Counted from the stretch's first letter, positions 19,363 to 29,260 are shown. The stretch is DNA of 64,000 nucleotides from Cyanobacteria bacterium P01_A01_bin.123 (GCA_039815185.1 JBCBZT010000034.1:25863-89862), one strand, 5' to 3'. A program made the numbers and translations. The notes: a model not told the origin generated them from the letters alone.

Positions 19363-22300
19363 ATGAATCTGATTAAAACTGCCGTCCGCTGGCGACATGG
19401 GACCGCTGTTCTGTTCTGTTTGATCGCCTTATTCGGGGCGATCGCGCTGTTTAGCCTGCCTTCAGAGCTGCAACCCGGCGGCGATCGCCCTGAAATCACG
19501 ATTACCACTCCCTATTCGGGAGCCAGCCCGACAGAGGTAGAAAATCTGGTCACTCGCCCGATTGAAGAACGCATGGAGGAAGTTGAAGGGGTCCAAGACA
19601 TTAGCAGCACCAGCCGGTTGGGCGTCAGCACCATCAGTCTTGAATTTGATTGGGAGACTGACGTTGACGAACGCTTCGTAGACGTACTGAGTAAGCTACA
19701 ACAGGTCGGTTCGTTGCCCCTAGAAGCCGATGAATCAGATGTAGAAGTGGTCAGCGGCAGCAGTAGCCCTATGATGTGGGTAATCTTGACGCCCCAAGAC
19801 GGATTTACGGCCAATGATTACCATTACCGCGATTTAGTCGATGACGTGGTGGTTCCCCGGTTTCGACAGGTGGAAGGGGTAGGGCAGTTTTTGGTATCAG
19901 GTGGGCGGGAACGAGAAGTAGAGGTAGTCGTCGATCCGCGCGCCCTTGCCGATCGCAACCTCACCATTGGCGATGTGGTCAATGCCTTGCGAGAGAACAA
20001 TCGTGACATCCGCAGTGGCCCCCTCGTCTTGGGGCGGCGGGAATATCGCGTCCGCACCGTGAGTCGTTCAAATGACGTTGAGCAACTTGAAACCTTCATC
20101 CTGCGACGGGATGGGTCTGGAACGGTCTATTTGGGCGATGTTGCCCAAGCCCAACTCGGGCGCAGGATTCAAGACCGGGCACTGATTCGCGATGGTGAAC
20201 CGGCTGTTGCCGTGGGCATTATTCGTCAGGTCGGGGGGAATGTGCCAGAAATTTCCCAGGGCATTCGCACTGCGCTAACTGAGCTCGAAGCCCGCTTTGA
20301 TCGAGAGGGTGAAGGGATCGCATTTGATATTCCCTATGACGAGAATGACTATATCAATCAGTCCATCTCATTTGTTCAAGGCAACTTAATAGTGGGGGCT
20401 ATTCTGGCGTCGTTGATGCTGCTCCTGTTCCTAGGGTCACTGCGCACTGTTGCGGTGATCGCCATTACGATTCCCACCACCTTAATCGCGGTGTTTATTG
20501 TGTTTGCTGCCCTGGGGCGATCGCTCAACGTGATCAGCCTGGCAGGACTGGCCTTCGCCGTTGGCATGGTCGTAGACAATGCCATTGTGGTGCTTGAGAG
20601 TGTATTCACCCACATACAGCAGCAAAAGTCGCCTGTACAGGCGGCTATCGAAGGTACTCAAGAAGTAGGGGGAGCCATGCTGGCCTCAACCCTCACGACG
20701 ATTGCAGTCTTTGCCCCCATTGTGTTGGTTAAAGGCGAAGCAGGTCAGCTGTTCTTTGACATCGGCATTGCCCTATCGGCCTCCGTCCTATTTTCACTAT
20801 TTGCGGCCCTGACGCTGGTTCCCATGCTGTCGGGGCTGTTCCTCAATCAAGCCGAAGCCCAGCGCATGCTGCTGGATCAGGTTTACCAACAAGGCAACTG
20901 GTTTGAACGATGGGTGACTCAGACGTCCGGTGTGTTTCGTCTGATGCAAGGTCGTCTAGAACAGGGACTGCTGGGAACCGTTGGTTGGTCATTGGGCGCG
21001 GGTCGCCAAGGGAGGCGTCTCATGGTTCTGGCGATTCCCCTGTGCTTATTGGTCGTGAGTACGCGTCTGTTGCCTGCACCGGACTATCTGCCTGAAGGCA
21101 ATCGCAACTTGGTTTTGTGGTTGGCAGGGCCATTCCCTGGCACAAGTATCCCAGAAGCGATCGCCCTATCTGAGGAACCGCGTCAATTTGTGGCAGAACA
21201 GCCCGGCGTGATCCGAACCATCTATGTGCATCGTCCAGGATTACAGGCAGTCGCCGCGTTTCTCGATCCAGATGAAGCGACTGGGCGCAATCTAGATAGT
21301 ATGGTCAATCGGATGCGGGGGACCAGTGCCAACTATCCGGGCTACCGCTTCCTCGTACCGCGACGGGTACCCATCTTTCGCGACCCAGGCAAGGAATTTG
21401 AAGTCCAGATCATCGGTGAAGATTTAAACCAGCTTAACCAGCTCCAGCAGGGCGTCAGCGACCAGTTGCGATCGCTGGGTGGGGTGCAAAACGTGCGGTC
21501 AAACTTTGTGATGGGGGCACCAGAACTGCAAGTCATCCCCAATCGAGAACGGTTAGCCGAAGCCGGCCTATCTGAACTTGAGGTGGGCACCCTGGTGGAA
21601 GCCGCACTCGGCGGGGTGCGCGCCTCGGAATTTGTCGATGGGCGTCGAGAACTTGACGTCACGGTGGAGCTACAGGACACTGCCGTACAATCACCCGAGC
21701 AGCTTCGGCAGTTGGCATTATTCAGCAACGATGGATTTCCCCTCCAGCTGACTGATGTTGCCGAGGTGGTAGAAACGACAGGCCCGGATGCGATTAACCG
21801 CGTTAATCTAGAACGATCGGTCACGCTGACGGTGAGCGTGGCGAGGGAAGTTCCCTTGGGGGCATTGCTGCAGCAAACCGAACAGCAAATTCTCGAACCG
21901 CTGCGGGAGTCGCTGCCGGCGGGCTCTCGGATCGAGCTAGCAGGGTCTGCAGATGTCCTTACCGAGACCTTGTTGCAGTTGGGGCAAGCGTTTCTCCTAT
22001 CGCTGGTGATCACTTACCTGTTGCTGGTGGCACTGTATCGATCGTTCATCTATCCCATGGTGATTATGGTGACCGTGCCAATGGGCATGACCGGAGCCGT
22101 CTTAAGCCTGGTGGGGGTCAATCTCATTCCCGGCGTTGTGGTTCCCCTCGACCTGATCACGGGATTGGGTTTTGTGATTCTGACGGGGGTTGTGGTTAAC
22201 AATGCGATTCTCTTGGTTGATCGCACCCTGCAACTCCAAAGTCAAGAACACTATGGGTTAGATGAGGCCCTTTATCATGCAGTGCGCGATCGCCTCCGCC

Positions 22301-22599
22301 CCATCTTCATGTCAGCCGGAACAAGTGTTTTAGGCATGTTGCCCCTGGCGGTTTTTCCGGGCAAAGGGGCCGAACTCTATCAAGGGTTGGGGATTGCCTT
22401 AAGCGGTGGCTTAGCACTCTCAACACTGCTGACGCCAACAGTGGTGCCTGCTGTGATGCGGTTATTAAGCGATTTCTCTCAAGGTCAACCCCGCCGCCCT
22501 AACGCGGCACTTAAAGACCCTCCGATTTCAACAACACCCGAGCCAGCTCTGACAAGCGTTGCTGGCGATCATCACCACTCCAATGGCAAAACGCCCTAA
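19363..22599 (+). CDS. RND efflux permease (AcrB/AcrD/AcrF family)
   Basis: GMVVDNAIVVLE, GVVVNNAILLVD, RLRPIFM; 1078 aa. Confidence 0.95.
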   Translation: MNLIKTAVRWRHGTAVLFCLIALFGAIALFSLPSELQPGGDRPEITITTPYSGASPTEVENLVTRPIEERMEEVEGVQDISSTSRLGVSTISLEFDWETDVDERFVDVLSKLQQVGSLPLEADESDVEVVSGSSSPMMWVILTPQDGFTANDYHYRDLVDDVVVPRFRQVEGVGQFLVSGGREREVEVVVDPRALADRNLTIGDVVNALRENNRDIRSGPLVLGRREYRVRTVSRSNDVEQLETFILRRDGSGTVYLGDVAQAQLGRRIQDRALIRDGEPAVAVGIIRQVGGNVPEISQGIRTALTELEARFDREGEGIAFDIPYDENDYINQSISFVQGNLIVGAILASLMLLLFLGSLRTVAVIAITIPTTLIAVFIVFAALGRSLNVISLAGLAFAVGMVVDNAIVVLESVFTHIQQQKSPVQAAIEGTQEVGGAMLASTLTTIAVFAPIVLVKGEAGQLFFDIGIALSASVLFSLFAALTLVPMLSGLFLNQAEAQRMLLDQVYQQGNWFERWVTQTSGVFRLMQGRLEQGLLGTVGWSLGAGRQGRRLMVLAIPLCLLVVSTRLLPAPDYLPEGNRNLVLWLAGPFPGTSIPEAIALSEEPRQFVAEQPGVIRTIYVHRPGLQAVAAFLDPDEATGRNLDSMVNRMRGTSANYPGYRFLVPRRVPIFRDPGKEFEVQIIGEDLNQLNQLQQGVSDQLRSLGGVQNVRSNFVMGAPELQVIPNRERLAEAGLSELEVGTLVEAALGGVRASEFVDGRRELDVTVELQDTAVQSPEQLRQLALFSNDGFPLQLTDVAEVVETTGPDAINRVNLERSVTLTVSVAREVPLGALLQQTEQQILEPLRESLPAGSRIELAGSADVLTETLLQLGQAFLLSLVITYLLLVALYRSFIYPMVIMVTVPMGMTGAVLSLVGVNLIPGVVVPLDLITGLGFVILTGVVVNNAILLVDRTLQLQSQEHYGLDEALYHAVRDRLRPIFMSAGTSVLGMLPLAVFPGKGAELYQGLGIALSGGLALSTLLTPTVVPAVMRLLSDFSQGQPRRPNAALKDPPISTTPEPALTSVAGDHHHSNGKTP

Positions 22600-22715
22600 G
22601 CATTCACCCCATCCGATTTGAAAACTGGAGTTTTTAGCTTAGAAGATTTTAGTTTAGAGAAAACGATAGCTCTGGATATGGCTAAGGTTTAAACCAATTA
22701 CAAGGAAGGTTTTTT

Positions 22716-23279
22716 ATGCACAAGTTTCATCAATCACCGGGACTCAAAGCTGCTGATATATCCTTAGCCTACGCCTTGCTGCGGATCATCATCGGCATCA
22801 ACTTTTTCAACCACGGCTTTACTCGCCTAGACAACATTCCCGGTTTCACAAATGCGATGGTAAGCGCTATGGAGGGGGCATGGATGCCGGAGCCTCTCGT
22901 GAGAATAACCGCCTTTCTGGTGTCTCCAGTCGAGCTGATTGCCGGTCTTTTCCTAATTTTAGGTTTATTTACAAGAGCTGCTTTAATGGCCACCTTTGTC
23001 TTGATGGCGATTCTCATGTACGGCGTCACCATTGTGCAAAACTGGGATGCCGCTTCTAGCCAGCTGATCTATAACCTAGTGCTGTTCATTCTATTAGCTG
23101 GTTTAGGTTACAACCGCTTTGCCCTAGACAACGTTTTCTTTAGCGACGATCGCACTCAAGCATCCAACGCTTCCGAAGAGCGCCCCGTCCAAGAGGTCAA
23201 GGGCTTCAGGCGTTTCAGGTTGGGTCAACAAAACCGTCAGCGCAAGTATGGGATTTTACCTTCTAGATTGAAGCAATAA
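22716..23279 (+). CDS. DoxX family membrane protein
   Basis: LLRIIIGINFFNHG, ELIAGLFLILGLFTR. Confidence 0.8.
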   Translation: MHKFHQSPGLKAADISLAYALLRIIIGINFFNHGFTRLDNIPGFTNAMVSAMEGAWMPEPLVRITAFLVSPVELIAGLFLILGLFTRAALMATFVLMAILMYGVTIVQNWDAASSQLIYNLVLFILLAGLGYNRFALDNVFFSDDRTQASNASEERPVQEVKGFRRFRLGQQNRQRKYGILPSRLKQ

Positions 23280-23343
23280 TCCACCGCTGATCTTACCTTT
23301 TGTTTTTGGCCTCTCTATCGATTCATTAAACAACAATAGATCC

Positions 23344-24048
23344 ATGCCAATTAATATTTTATTAGCCTCAAATGATTCCGCTTTAGTACCGCTAATTGAA
23401 ACCGAATTTCGCTATGAAGGCTATCAAGTCACTGTCAAAAATGACGGTGCCTCAGGCCTGATTGAACTTCGTGAGTCGCAACCTGATTTAGCCATTTTGG
23501 ATATGGCCTTGCCTATGCTATCAGGGCTAGAGATTTGTCGTAGATTGCGAACGACTCGCCAAGAAATTCCCATTATTTTGCTGGATCAAAATCAGGAAAA
23601 CAACTGCGCGATCGCGCTAGATTCAGGCGCCGATGATTATTTAGCTCGTCCCATCAGTATAGAAGAGCTAACGGCTCGCGTACGATTGCATCTACGTCGG
23701 TGCCGTCGCGATCAGCCAGACCCTTTAATTTTCCAAGACTTGCGAATTGATCTGCAAACGCGGGAGGTTTGGCGAGGTCATCGCCCCATCCAACTGACGC
23801 CTAAAGAATTTGATTTACTGGTCTATCTGATCTCGCATCCCCGTCAGGTATTGTCCCGCGATCGCCTCATGGATGAAGTGTGGGGTTATGACTTCATCGG
23901 AGATTCTAATGTTCTGCATGTCTACATTCGTTGTCTACGCCTAAAATTAGAGGCCAATCGTGAACGGCGATTAATTCATACGATTCGAGGCGTCGGTTAC
24001 GTGCTGCGAGAAGCCTTCGCAAAGCAGCATGCATTGAAAATTGTTTAA
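23344..24048 (+). CDS. OmpR-family response regulator with atypical receiver (NblR-like)
   Basis: Winged-helix domain intact (LTPKEFDLL, HTIRGVGY); receiver has ASND, LLD and ARP in place of EDD, LTA and KP. Confidence 0.85.
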   Translation: MPINILLASNDSALVPLIETEFRYEGYQVTVKNDGASGLIELRESQPDLAILDMALPMLSGLEICRRLRTTRQEIPIILLDQNQENNCAIALDSGADDYLARPISIEELTARVRLHLRRCRRDQPDPLIFQDLRIDLQTREVWRGHRPIQLTPKEFDLLVYLISHPRQVLSRDRLMDEVWGYDFIGDSNVLHVYIRCLRLKLEANRERRLIHTIRGVGYVLREAFAKQHALKIV

Positions 24049-24187
24049 GAGATTGCTTTAAAGGTGTCGATGGTTACCTGAGCCGCCCCCCTGCCCCCCA
24101 ATTCTGGGGGGTTCTGAGTTTAGTCCCCCAGAATTGGGGGATTCAGGGGGCGAATGCAGCACATTTGGGACTTCTCAAACAACCTCT
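24048..24187. mobile_element. MITE/REP-like element with imperfect 18-bp terminal inverted repeats and an internal GC-rich hairpin
   Basis: Left AGAGATTGCTTTAAAGGT versus right reverse complement AGAGGTTGTTTGAGAAGT (13/18); internal CCCCCAATTCTGGGG...CCCCAGAATTGGGGG. Confidence 0.55.
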
Positions 24188-24210
24188 AACCAAAATCACA
24201 CCTATACAGA

Positions 24211-24624
24211 TCAGGGGTTGCGAACCTTGTAATAAATCAGACGTTGAACCTCTGGCAAAGGTATCTTCAATTCTTGAGCGATCGCCTGTTCAATCTCGGG
24301 GGGGGCAATCAGGGCAAACTGAAACTCACGCTCCAGGAGATTGGGATCATCTGAAATAACTTCAGCTACTGAGAGCCCCGATGCCTGATAGATTTTGACC
24401 TGGATAGCAGATATCTGGCTAATGGCTATGTTTTCAGGTTGGATATTGGCGACAAAATAGCGTGGCGTCTGGTAAGCACGATTCAAAATTCGCAGGGTTA
24501 CCAGTTGGCCAACCGTCCAAAAGCTAAACCCTAATGCTAACAATGACAGCCACAGCCGAAGACGGCTCAAAGTTGAAAACCCAGAACGCAATGCTTTTAA
24601 CGGTCGTGCAACAGACTGCCACAT
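24211..24624 (-). CDS. Hypothetical single-TM protein
   Basis: 137-aa ORF with an N-terminal hydrophobic segment. Confidence 0.65.
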   Translation of the reverse strand: MWQSVARPLKALRSGFSTLSRLRLWLSLLALGFSFWTVGQLVTLRILNRAYQTPRYFVANIQPENIAISQISAIQVKIYQASGLSVAEVISDDPNLLEREFQFALIAPPEIEQAIAQELKIPLPEVQRLIYYKVRNP

Positions 24625-24739
24625 ACCAAACCTTAGGAGACCTATCAGTTCGTTTCTGGCTAGCTATTCACGTCTAGGCTAGCCTTCCTTAATAATCTTG
24701 CAAACCCTATATTGAGAATACTCGGTATTTTGGCGCATC

Positions 24740-24755
24740 ACATTTCTGTGATATT
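24740..24755 (+). promoter_or_regulatory. 16-bp box ACATTTCTGTGATATT, copy 2, upstream of the response regulator/kinase pair
   Basis: Identical to 17855-17870. Confidence 0.6.
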
Positions 24756-24804
24756 TACCCGTCAGACTAATCTGTAATAGCTTCTACGTATGTGACCTGG
24801 GGTA

Positions 24805-25494
24805 TTGCCGATGATTATCCTGCTGGTTGAAGATGATCCTGCACAGCTAAAGCCCCTGTGCATTGCCCTTTCGGAATCGGGTCATTTGGTCGATGGCATA
24901 GAAGACGCTGAAGAAGCCCAATGGTTGATGGGTAGTAAGGAGTATGATTTGTTAATTCTGGATTGGATGCTGCCCAAGACGAGCGGCATATCCTTGTGCC
25001 AGCAATACCGCACACTGGGGAAAGGAGCACCCATACTCATGTTGACGGCCAAAGATACCACGGTCGATAAAGTGTTGGGCTTAGATTCTGGGGCAGATGA
25101 CTATCTGGTCAAGCCGGTTGATCTTCCAGAACTGCTGGCCCGGATTCGGGCTTTGGGCAGGCGAACGCCTCAGTGGAGTAGCGATCGCCTCAGCCTGGGA
25201 GACCTACATCTCTATGTTTCAACCCTCATCCTGGAGCGGCAACAAGTGCAAGTTCGCCTGTCTAGCCGCGAATTCCATCTGATGGAATATTTTATTCGGC
25301 GCTCAGGACAGGTGATTCGGCGCGATCGCATTGAGCAAACCCTTTGGGAGTGGGGCACCGAACCCGAAAGTAACGCCGTCACCACGCTCATTTGGCGACT
25401 ACGACAACGATTAGACGAACTTGGCGCAAAGAGCTGGTTAGAAACAGTTTATGGGATGGGATATCGTCTCAAAATTCCTGAAAGAATATCATAG
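24805..25494 (+). CDS. OmpR-family response regulator (RppA/NrsR-like)
   Basis: VEDD, LDWMLP, MLTAKD, LVKP, ETVYGMGY. Confidence 0.92.
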   Translation: MPMIILLVEDDPAQLKPLCIALSESGHLVDGIEDAEEAQWLMGSKEYDLLILDWMLPKTSGISLCQQYRTLGKGAPILMLTAKDTTVDKVLGLDSGADDYLVKPVDLPELLARIRALGRRTPQWSSDRLSLGDLHLYVSTLILERQQVQVRLSSREFHLMEYFIRRSGQVIRRDRIEQTLWEWGTEPESNAVTTLIWRLRQRLDELGAKSWLETVYGMGYRLKIPERIS

Positions 25495-25502
25495 CTGCCG
25501 AT

Positions 25503-26825
25503 ATGTTTAGCCGCAGTCGTCTCAATTTAGCCTACTGGTTTGCACTGTCAATGGGCAGCATTTTGATTGCGTTTACCGGGGCAGTTTATTACCTTGAAGC
25601 AGAAGATCAGCTCCGAGCATTCGACGATAGCCTATATTTGAAAACTAAGAACATCGACAATCAAGTTTATTATCGGCTGGAGCAAGGACGCTGGCAGTTA
25701 AACTTTGAAAATGTCAGTTTACTAGCCGGGGAAAATACACCCACGCTACAGAATGAATTAGTTTATATCCGTTGGTATGACGTTGATGGGGAGTTGATTC
25801 AGTTTGCTGGGTTGACGCCTACCCTGCAAAAAATGTCAACCCAAAAGAGGGGATTTAAAACCGTTCATATCGCCGATGTTGCTGAGTCTGAAAATTCAGT
25901 CAACCGCCCACTTCGTGAGTTAACCATTCCGGTTAAATATAATGAGCAGTTAGTTGGGTATATCCAGTCTGCGACGCTTCTAGAGCCATTACAAGCTGAT
26001 TTGGCTCAGGCACTGGTAGTGTTGACGCTGAGTGTCCCTGTAACGCTGGGCGTCATTGGACTGACCGGATGGGTTTTAGGGGGCATGGCGATGCAGCCGA
26101 TCCGTCAGTCTTATAATCGATTACAACGCTTTACGGCAGACGCTTCTCACGAATTGAGAACGCCCCTAGCCGTGATTTTAAGCAACGCTCAGGTTGCCTT
26201 GATTCCAAGCATTCGAGAGAGCGCACAACAGCAAGACTGTGTAGAAGAGATTGAGAAAGCTGCCAAGGCCATGACTGGCCTCATAGACGATCTCCTATTT
26301 CTAGCCCGACATGAGGGGCCACTGACCGGAGCAGCTCTGAATAAACAGGTTGATATGCAGACTCTTTTGAAACCTTTAGTTGAACACTACACAACTCAGG
26401 CAGCCCTACGAAATCGCAAATTTATCAGTGATGTGCCCCTACAACCCGTCATGCTCAAAGCTGACCCCCAGCTTTTGCGACGAGCCATTACCAACCTCTT
26501 GGAAAATGCCTTCAAATACACCCCGCCTGGTGGCACGGTTTGTCTGCGTTTTTTGACTCAGGCCCACTGTGCCATGATTCAAGTTGAAGACAACGGTATT
26601 GGCATCCCAGAGACTGACTTACCCCATATTTTTGAGCGCTTTTATCGGGTGGATTTGGCGCGATCGCGTCGTAAAGGTGGGTTTGGGTTGGGTCTATCGA
26701 TTGCCCAGCAAATTGTCCAAGCCCACGATGGTCAGATTACCGCCAAGAGCACAATCGGAGAAGGCACGACGTTTCAAATTCAACTGCCGTTGCGTAAATC
26801 GATTAAGCCAAGGAAAACGACTTGA
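25503..26825 (+). CDS. Sensor histidine kinase (RppB/NrsS-like)
   Basis: Two TMs, FTADASHELRTP, NLLENAFKYT, FERFYRVD, GFGLGL. Confidence 0.92.
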   Translation: MFSRSRLNLAYWFALSMGSILIAFTGAVYYLEAEDQLRAFDDSLYLKTKNIDNQVYYRLEQGRWQLNFENVSLLAGENTPTLQNELVYIRWYDVDGELIQFAGLTPTLQKMSTQKRGFKTVHIADVAESENSVNRPLRELTIPVKYNEQLVGYIQSATLLEPLQADLAQALVVLTLSVPVTLGVIGLTGWVLGGMAMQPIRQSYNRLQRFTADASHELRTPLAVILSNAQVALIPSIRESAQQQDCVEEIEKAAKAMTGLIDDLLFLARHEGPLTGAALNKQVDMQTLLKPLVEHYTTQAALRNRKFISDVPLQPVMLKADPQLLRRAITNLLENAFKYTPPGGTVCLRFLTQAHCAMIQVEDNGIGIPETDLPHIFERFYRVDLARSRRKGGFGLGLSIAQQIVQAHDGQITAKSTIGEGTTFQIQLPLRKSIKPRKTT

Positions 26826-27028
26826 AGTAGGCGTGCAGATGACACCACCAACTTACAGATCTTTTACCGAGTTTTACGAGAAATCAGACGACACAAACTT
26901 CCCCTATGAACATCGCTTAGTTAGCTGAGAGCTTATCCCACTGCTAAAAAACTCAGACAGTGGTCGGATTGTGAAAACCTCATCGACAATAGGATCCCTC
27001 ACCGACCAACTGAATCTGGAGTCAGTAT

Positions 27029-27045
27029 ATGAAGTCTTGATGAAG
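27029..27045 (+). promoter_or_regulatory. ATGAAG-N5-ATGAAG tandem repeat (OmpR-type spacing) upstream of the PEP-CTERM gene
   Basis: Two exact hexamers with an 11-bp period. Confidence 0.35.
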
Positions 27046-27161
27046 GTGTCATATGGAACACATCGGAGCTTTATGGCTTTGCCGCATTTTATTAGGGGAA
27101 ATTGCGCAGACACAACCTGACCCAAGTAGCGCAGTGCCGTGCGTCAACTCAAGGGAATTCC

Positions 27162-28904
27162 ATGCCAAATCATGTTTTCAACGCCTGGGGCTTAAAACTA
27201 ATGGGGGGCTTGATGCCGTTAGCTGCGATCGCGATCGCAGAACCCCCTACCGCCAGCGCCGCCAGCTTCAACCCAATTGACCTGGATGAAAGTTGGTCAT
27301 TTGCTTTCGAAGACTACGCCATTGAACACCAGGGCCAGAGCCTAGTCGACATCACCGTCAGCTATGACTATGTAGACGGTATCGGCCTTGATGATCCGTT
27401 TGAATATCCCGAATTTCTGCAAATCTTCAACTACATCGACAATTTTCTGGTCACTTATCCCAACGAAACTGACTTTTGGGAAATTCTGAATAAAAACCTA
27501 GTGACCGATCTGCTGACTGAACCCATTCCCACCGTATTTGGGTTTGACTATCAACTGAGCGATGTGCTGGATTCTCTCACGGTCGATATTGCCGTCGCTT
27601 CCGGGTCTTCAGATATTGTTGTGCCTCGGACGAGCACAGTCACGGGTATTCCGGGCGCAACGATTGACCTATTTGAAAGCTGGTCCTTTGCCCTCGAAGA
27701 CTACGCCATTGAACACCAGGGCCAGAGCACCGTTGATTTAACCGTCAGCTATGACTACGTCAACGGCATTGGCGAAGATGATCCCTTTGAGTATCCCGAG
27801 TTTTTGCAGATTTCCAACTTCATCGAGACATTTTTAACGGATTATCCCAATGAAACGGATTTCTGGGAGATTCTCAACAAAAATCTGGTGACTGATTTGC
27901 TGAGTGAGCCAATTCCGACGGTGTTTGGTTTTGATTATCAGCTGGCTGAGGTGCTTGATGCGCTGACCGTCGATATTGCAGTCCAGCCCGGCTCATCTGA
28001 CATTGATGTGCCCCGGACAAGCACAGTGACGGGCTTGCCTGGTGACTCGATTGACCTGGATGAAAGCTGGTCGTTTGCATTCACAGACTACGCCATTGAG
28101 CACCAGGGTCAGAGCACCCTCGATTTAACCGTCAGCTATGACTACATCGACGGCATCGGCACCGACGATCCGTTTGAATATCCGGAATTCTTGCAGATTT
28201 TCAACTTCATTGAGGCATTTTTAACGGAATACCCCAACGAGACTGACTTTTGGGAAATCCTCAACAAAAATCTGGTCACCGACTTACTTAGCGAACCGAT
28301 TCCCACCGTGTTTGGCTTTGATTATCAGCTGGCTGAGGTGCTCGATCAGCTCACAGTGGATATTGACGTGCAAGCTGGGTCTTCTAATATCGACGTACCC
28401 CGATCAAGTACGGTGACGGGCTTCCCCGGCAACACGGTTGATCTCGATGAAAGCTGGTTCTTTGCCTTTGAAGACTACGCCATAGAACACCAGGGCCAGA
28501 GCCTGGTTGATCTATTCGTCAGCTATGACTACGTTGATGGTATCGGTGTGGACGACCCCTTCGAGTATCCAGAATTTTTGCAGATTTTCAACTTTATTGA
28601 TACGTTTTTGGTTGACTACCCCAACGAAACCGACTTTTGGGAAATTCTCAACAAAAACCTGGTGACTGATTTACTCAGCGAGCCAATTCCCACCGTGTTT
28701 GGCTTTGACTATGAACTGGCCGAGGTGCTGGACAACCTGACAGTAGATATCGATGTGCAGTCGGGGTCATCAGATATTGTTGTGCCGCGCTCTAGCATGG
28801 TAACGGGTACGGTCGTGGCTTCGGCAGATGTGCCAGAACCAAAACTATGGCTGGGGTTAGGCATCGTCACAGTTTTAGCTGGGTGGTGCAAACACAAGCG
28901 TTAA
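27162..28904 (+). CDS. Secreted PEP-CTERM protein with four tandem 129-aa acidic repeats
   Basis: Signal-like N-terminus ending ASA; repeats start at 27276, 27663, 28050 and 28437; C-terminal VPEP, TM, KHKR. Confidence 0.88.
   Translation: MPNHVFNAWGLKLMGGLMPLAAIAIAEPPTASAASFNPIDLDESWSFAFEDYAIEHQGQSLVDITVSYDYVDGIGLDDPFEYPEFLQIFNYIDNFLVTYPNETDFWEILNKNLVTDLLTEPIPTVFGFDYQLSDVLDSLTVDIAVASGSSDIVVPRTSTVTGIPGATIDLFESWSFALEDYAIEHQGQSTVDLTVSYDYVNGIGEDDPFEYPEFLQISNFIETFLTDYPNETDFWEILNKNLVTDLLSEPIPTVFGFDYQLAEVLDALTVDIAVQPGSSDIDVPRTSTVTGLPGDSIDLDESWSFAFTDYAIEHQGQSTLDLTVSYDYIDGIGTDDPFEYPEFLQIFNFIEAFLTEYPNETDFWEILNKNLVTDLLSEPIPTVFGFDYQLAEVLDQLTVDIDVQAGSSNIDVPRSSTVTGFPGNTVDLDESWFFAFEDYAIEHQGQSLVDLFVSYDYVDGIGVDDPFEYPEFLQIFNFIDTFLVDYPNETDFWEILNKNLVTDLLSEPIPTVFGFDYELAEVLDNLTVDIDVQSGSSDIVVPRSSMVTGTVVASADVPEPKLWLGLGIVTVLAGWCKHKR
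27276..28812 (+). repeat. Four 387-bp intragenic repeats
   Basis: Exact 387-nt period; near-identical protein with many synonymous differences. Confidence 0.95.
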
Positions 28905-28909
28905 CATCA

Positions 28910-29097
28910 TTGAGTAAGTACACGGCGAGATGCTCCGGTAAGGTGACTCGAATATCGCCCCTTAGATGCAGATCCTGTCCTAAAATATGCCGTTCAATGC
29001 CGTTGATCTCGTCTTCAATGCGAATGACGACTTGCAGTAATTCCTCACCCGCAAGGGTCAGGGCATAACCACTGGGCAATCGATCAAATAATCCAAT
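28910..29097 (-). pseudogene. LysR-family regulator fragment (end of HTH plus linker)
   Basis: LFDRLPSGYALTLAGEELL...LRGDIRVTLPE; lacks the start of the HTH and the effector domain. Confidence 0.7.
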
Positions 29098-29260
29098 ATT
29101 ATCGAATTAAGCCTCATTGAACGCTCCAATGCAAGGAAATCCTTCCAAGGAAAACATTGAGGATGCCGTTGCCTCCAAATCCATTAACCGATTGCGTGAA
29201 ACTAGTTGTAGCAGTAGCACTCCCTTCGACTCTACTGGAAGAAAGCGCCTCTTTTATAAG

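Noticed and set aside
21342..22013. 223-aa antisense ORF and the many other short overlapping ORFs in the track
   Set aside because: They lie opposite or inside well-supported genes and have no recognisable motifs; shadow ORFs
27276..28812. Long repeats as a CRISPR array or a diversity-generating retroelement
   Set aside because: They are in-frame 387-bp coding repeats with mostly synonymous differences; no spacers, cas genes or reverse transcriptase in the window
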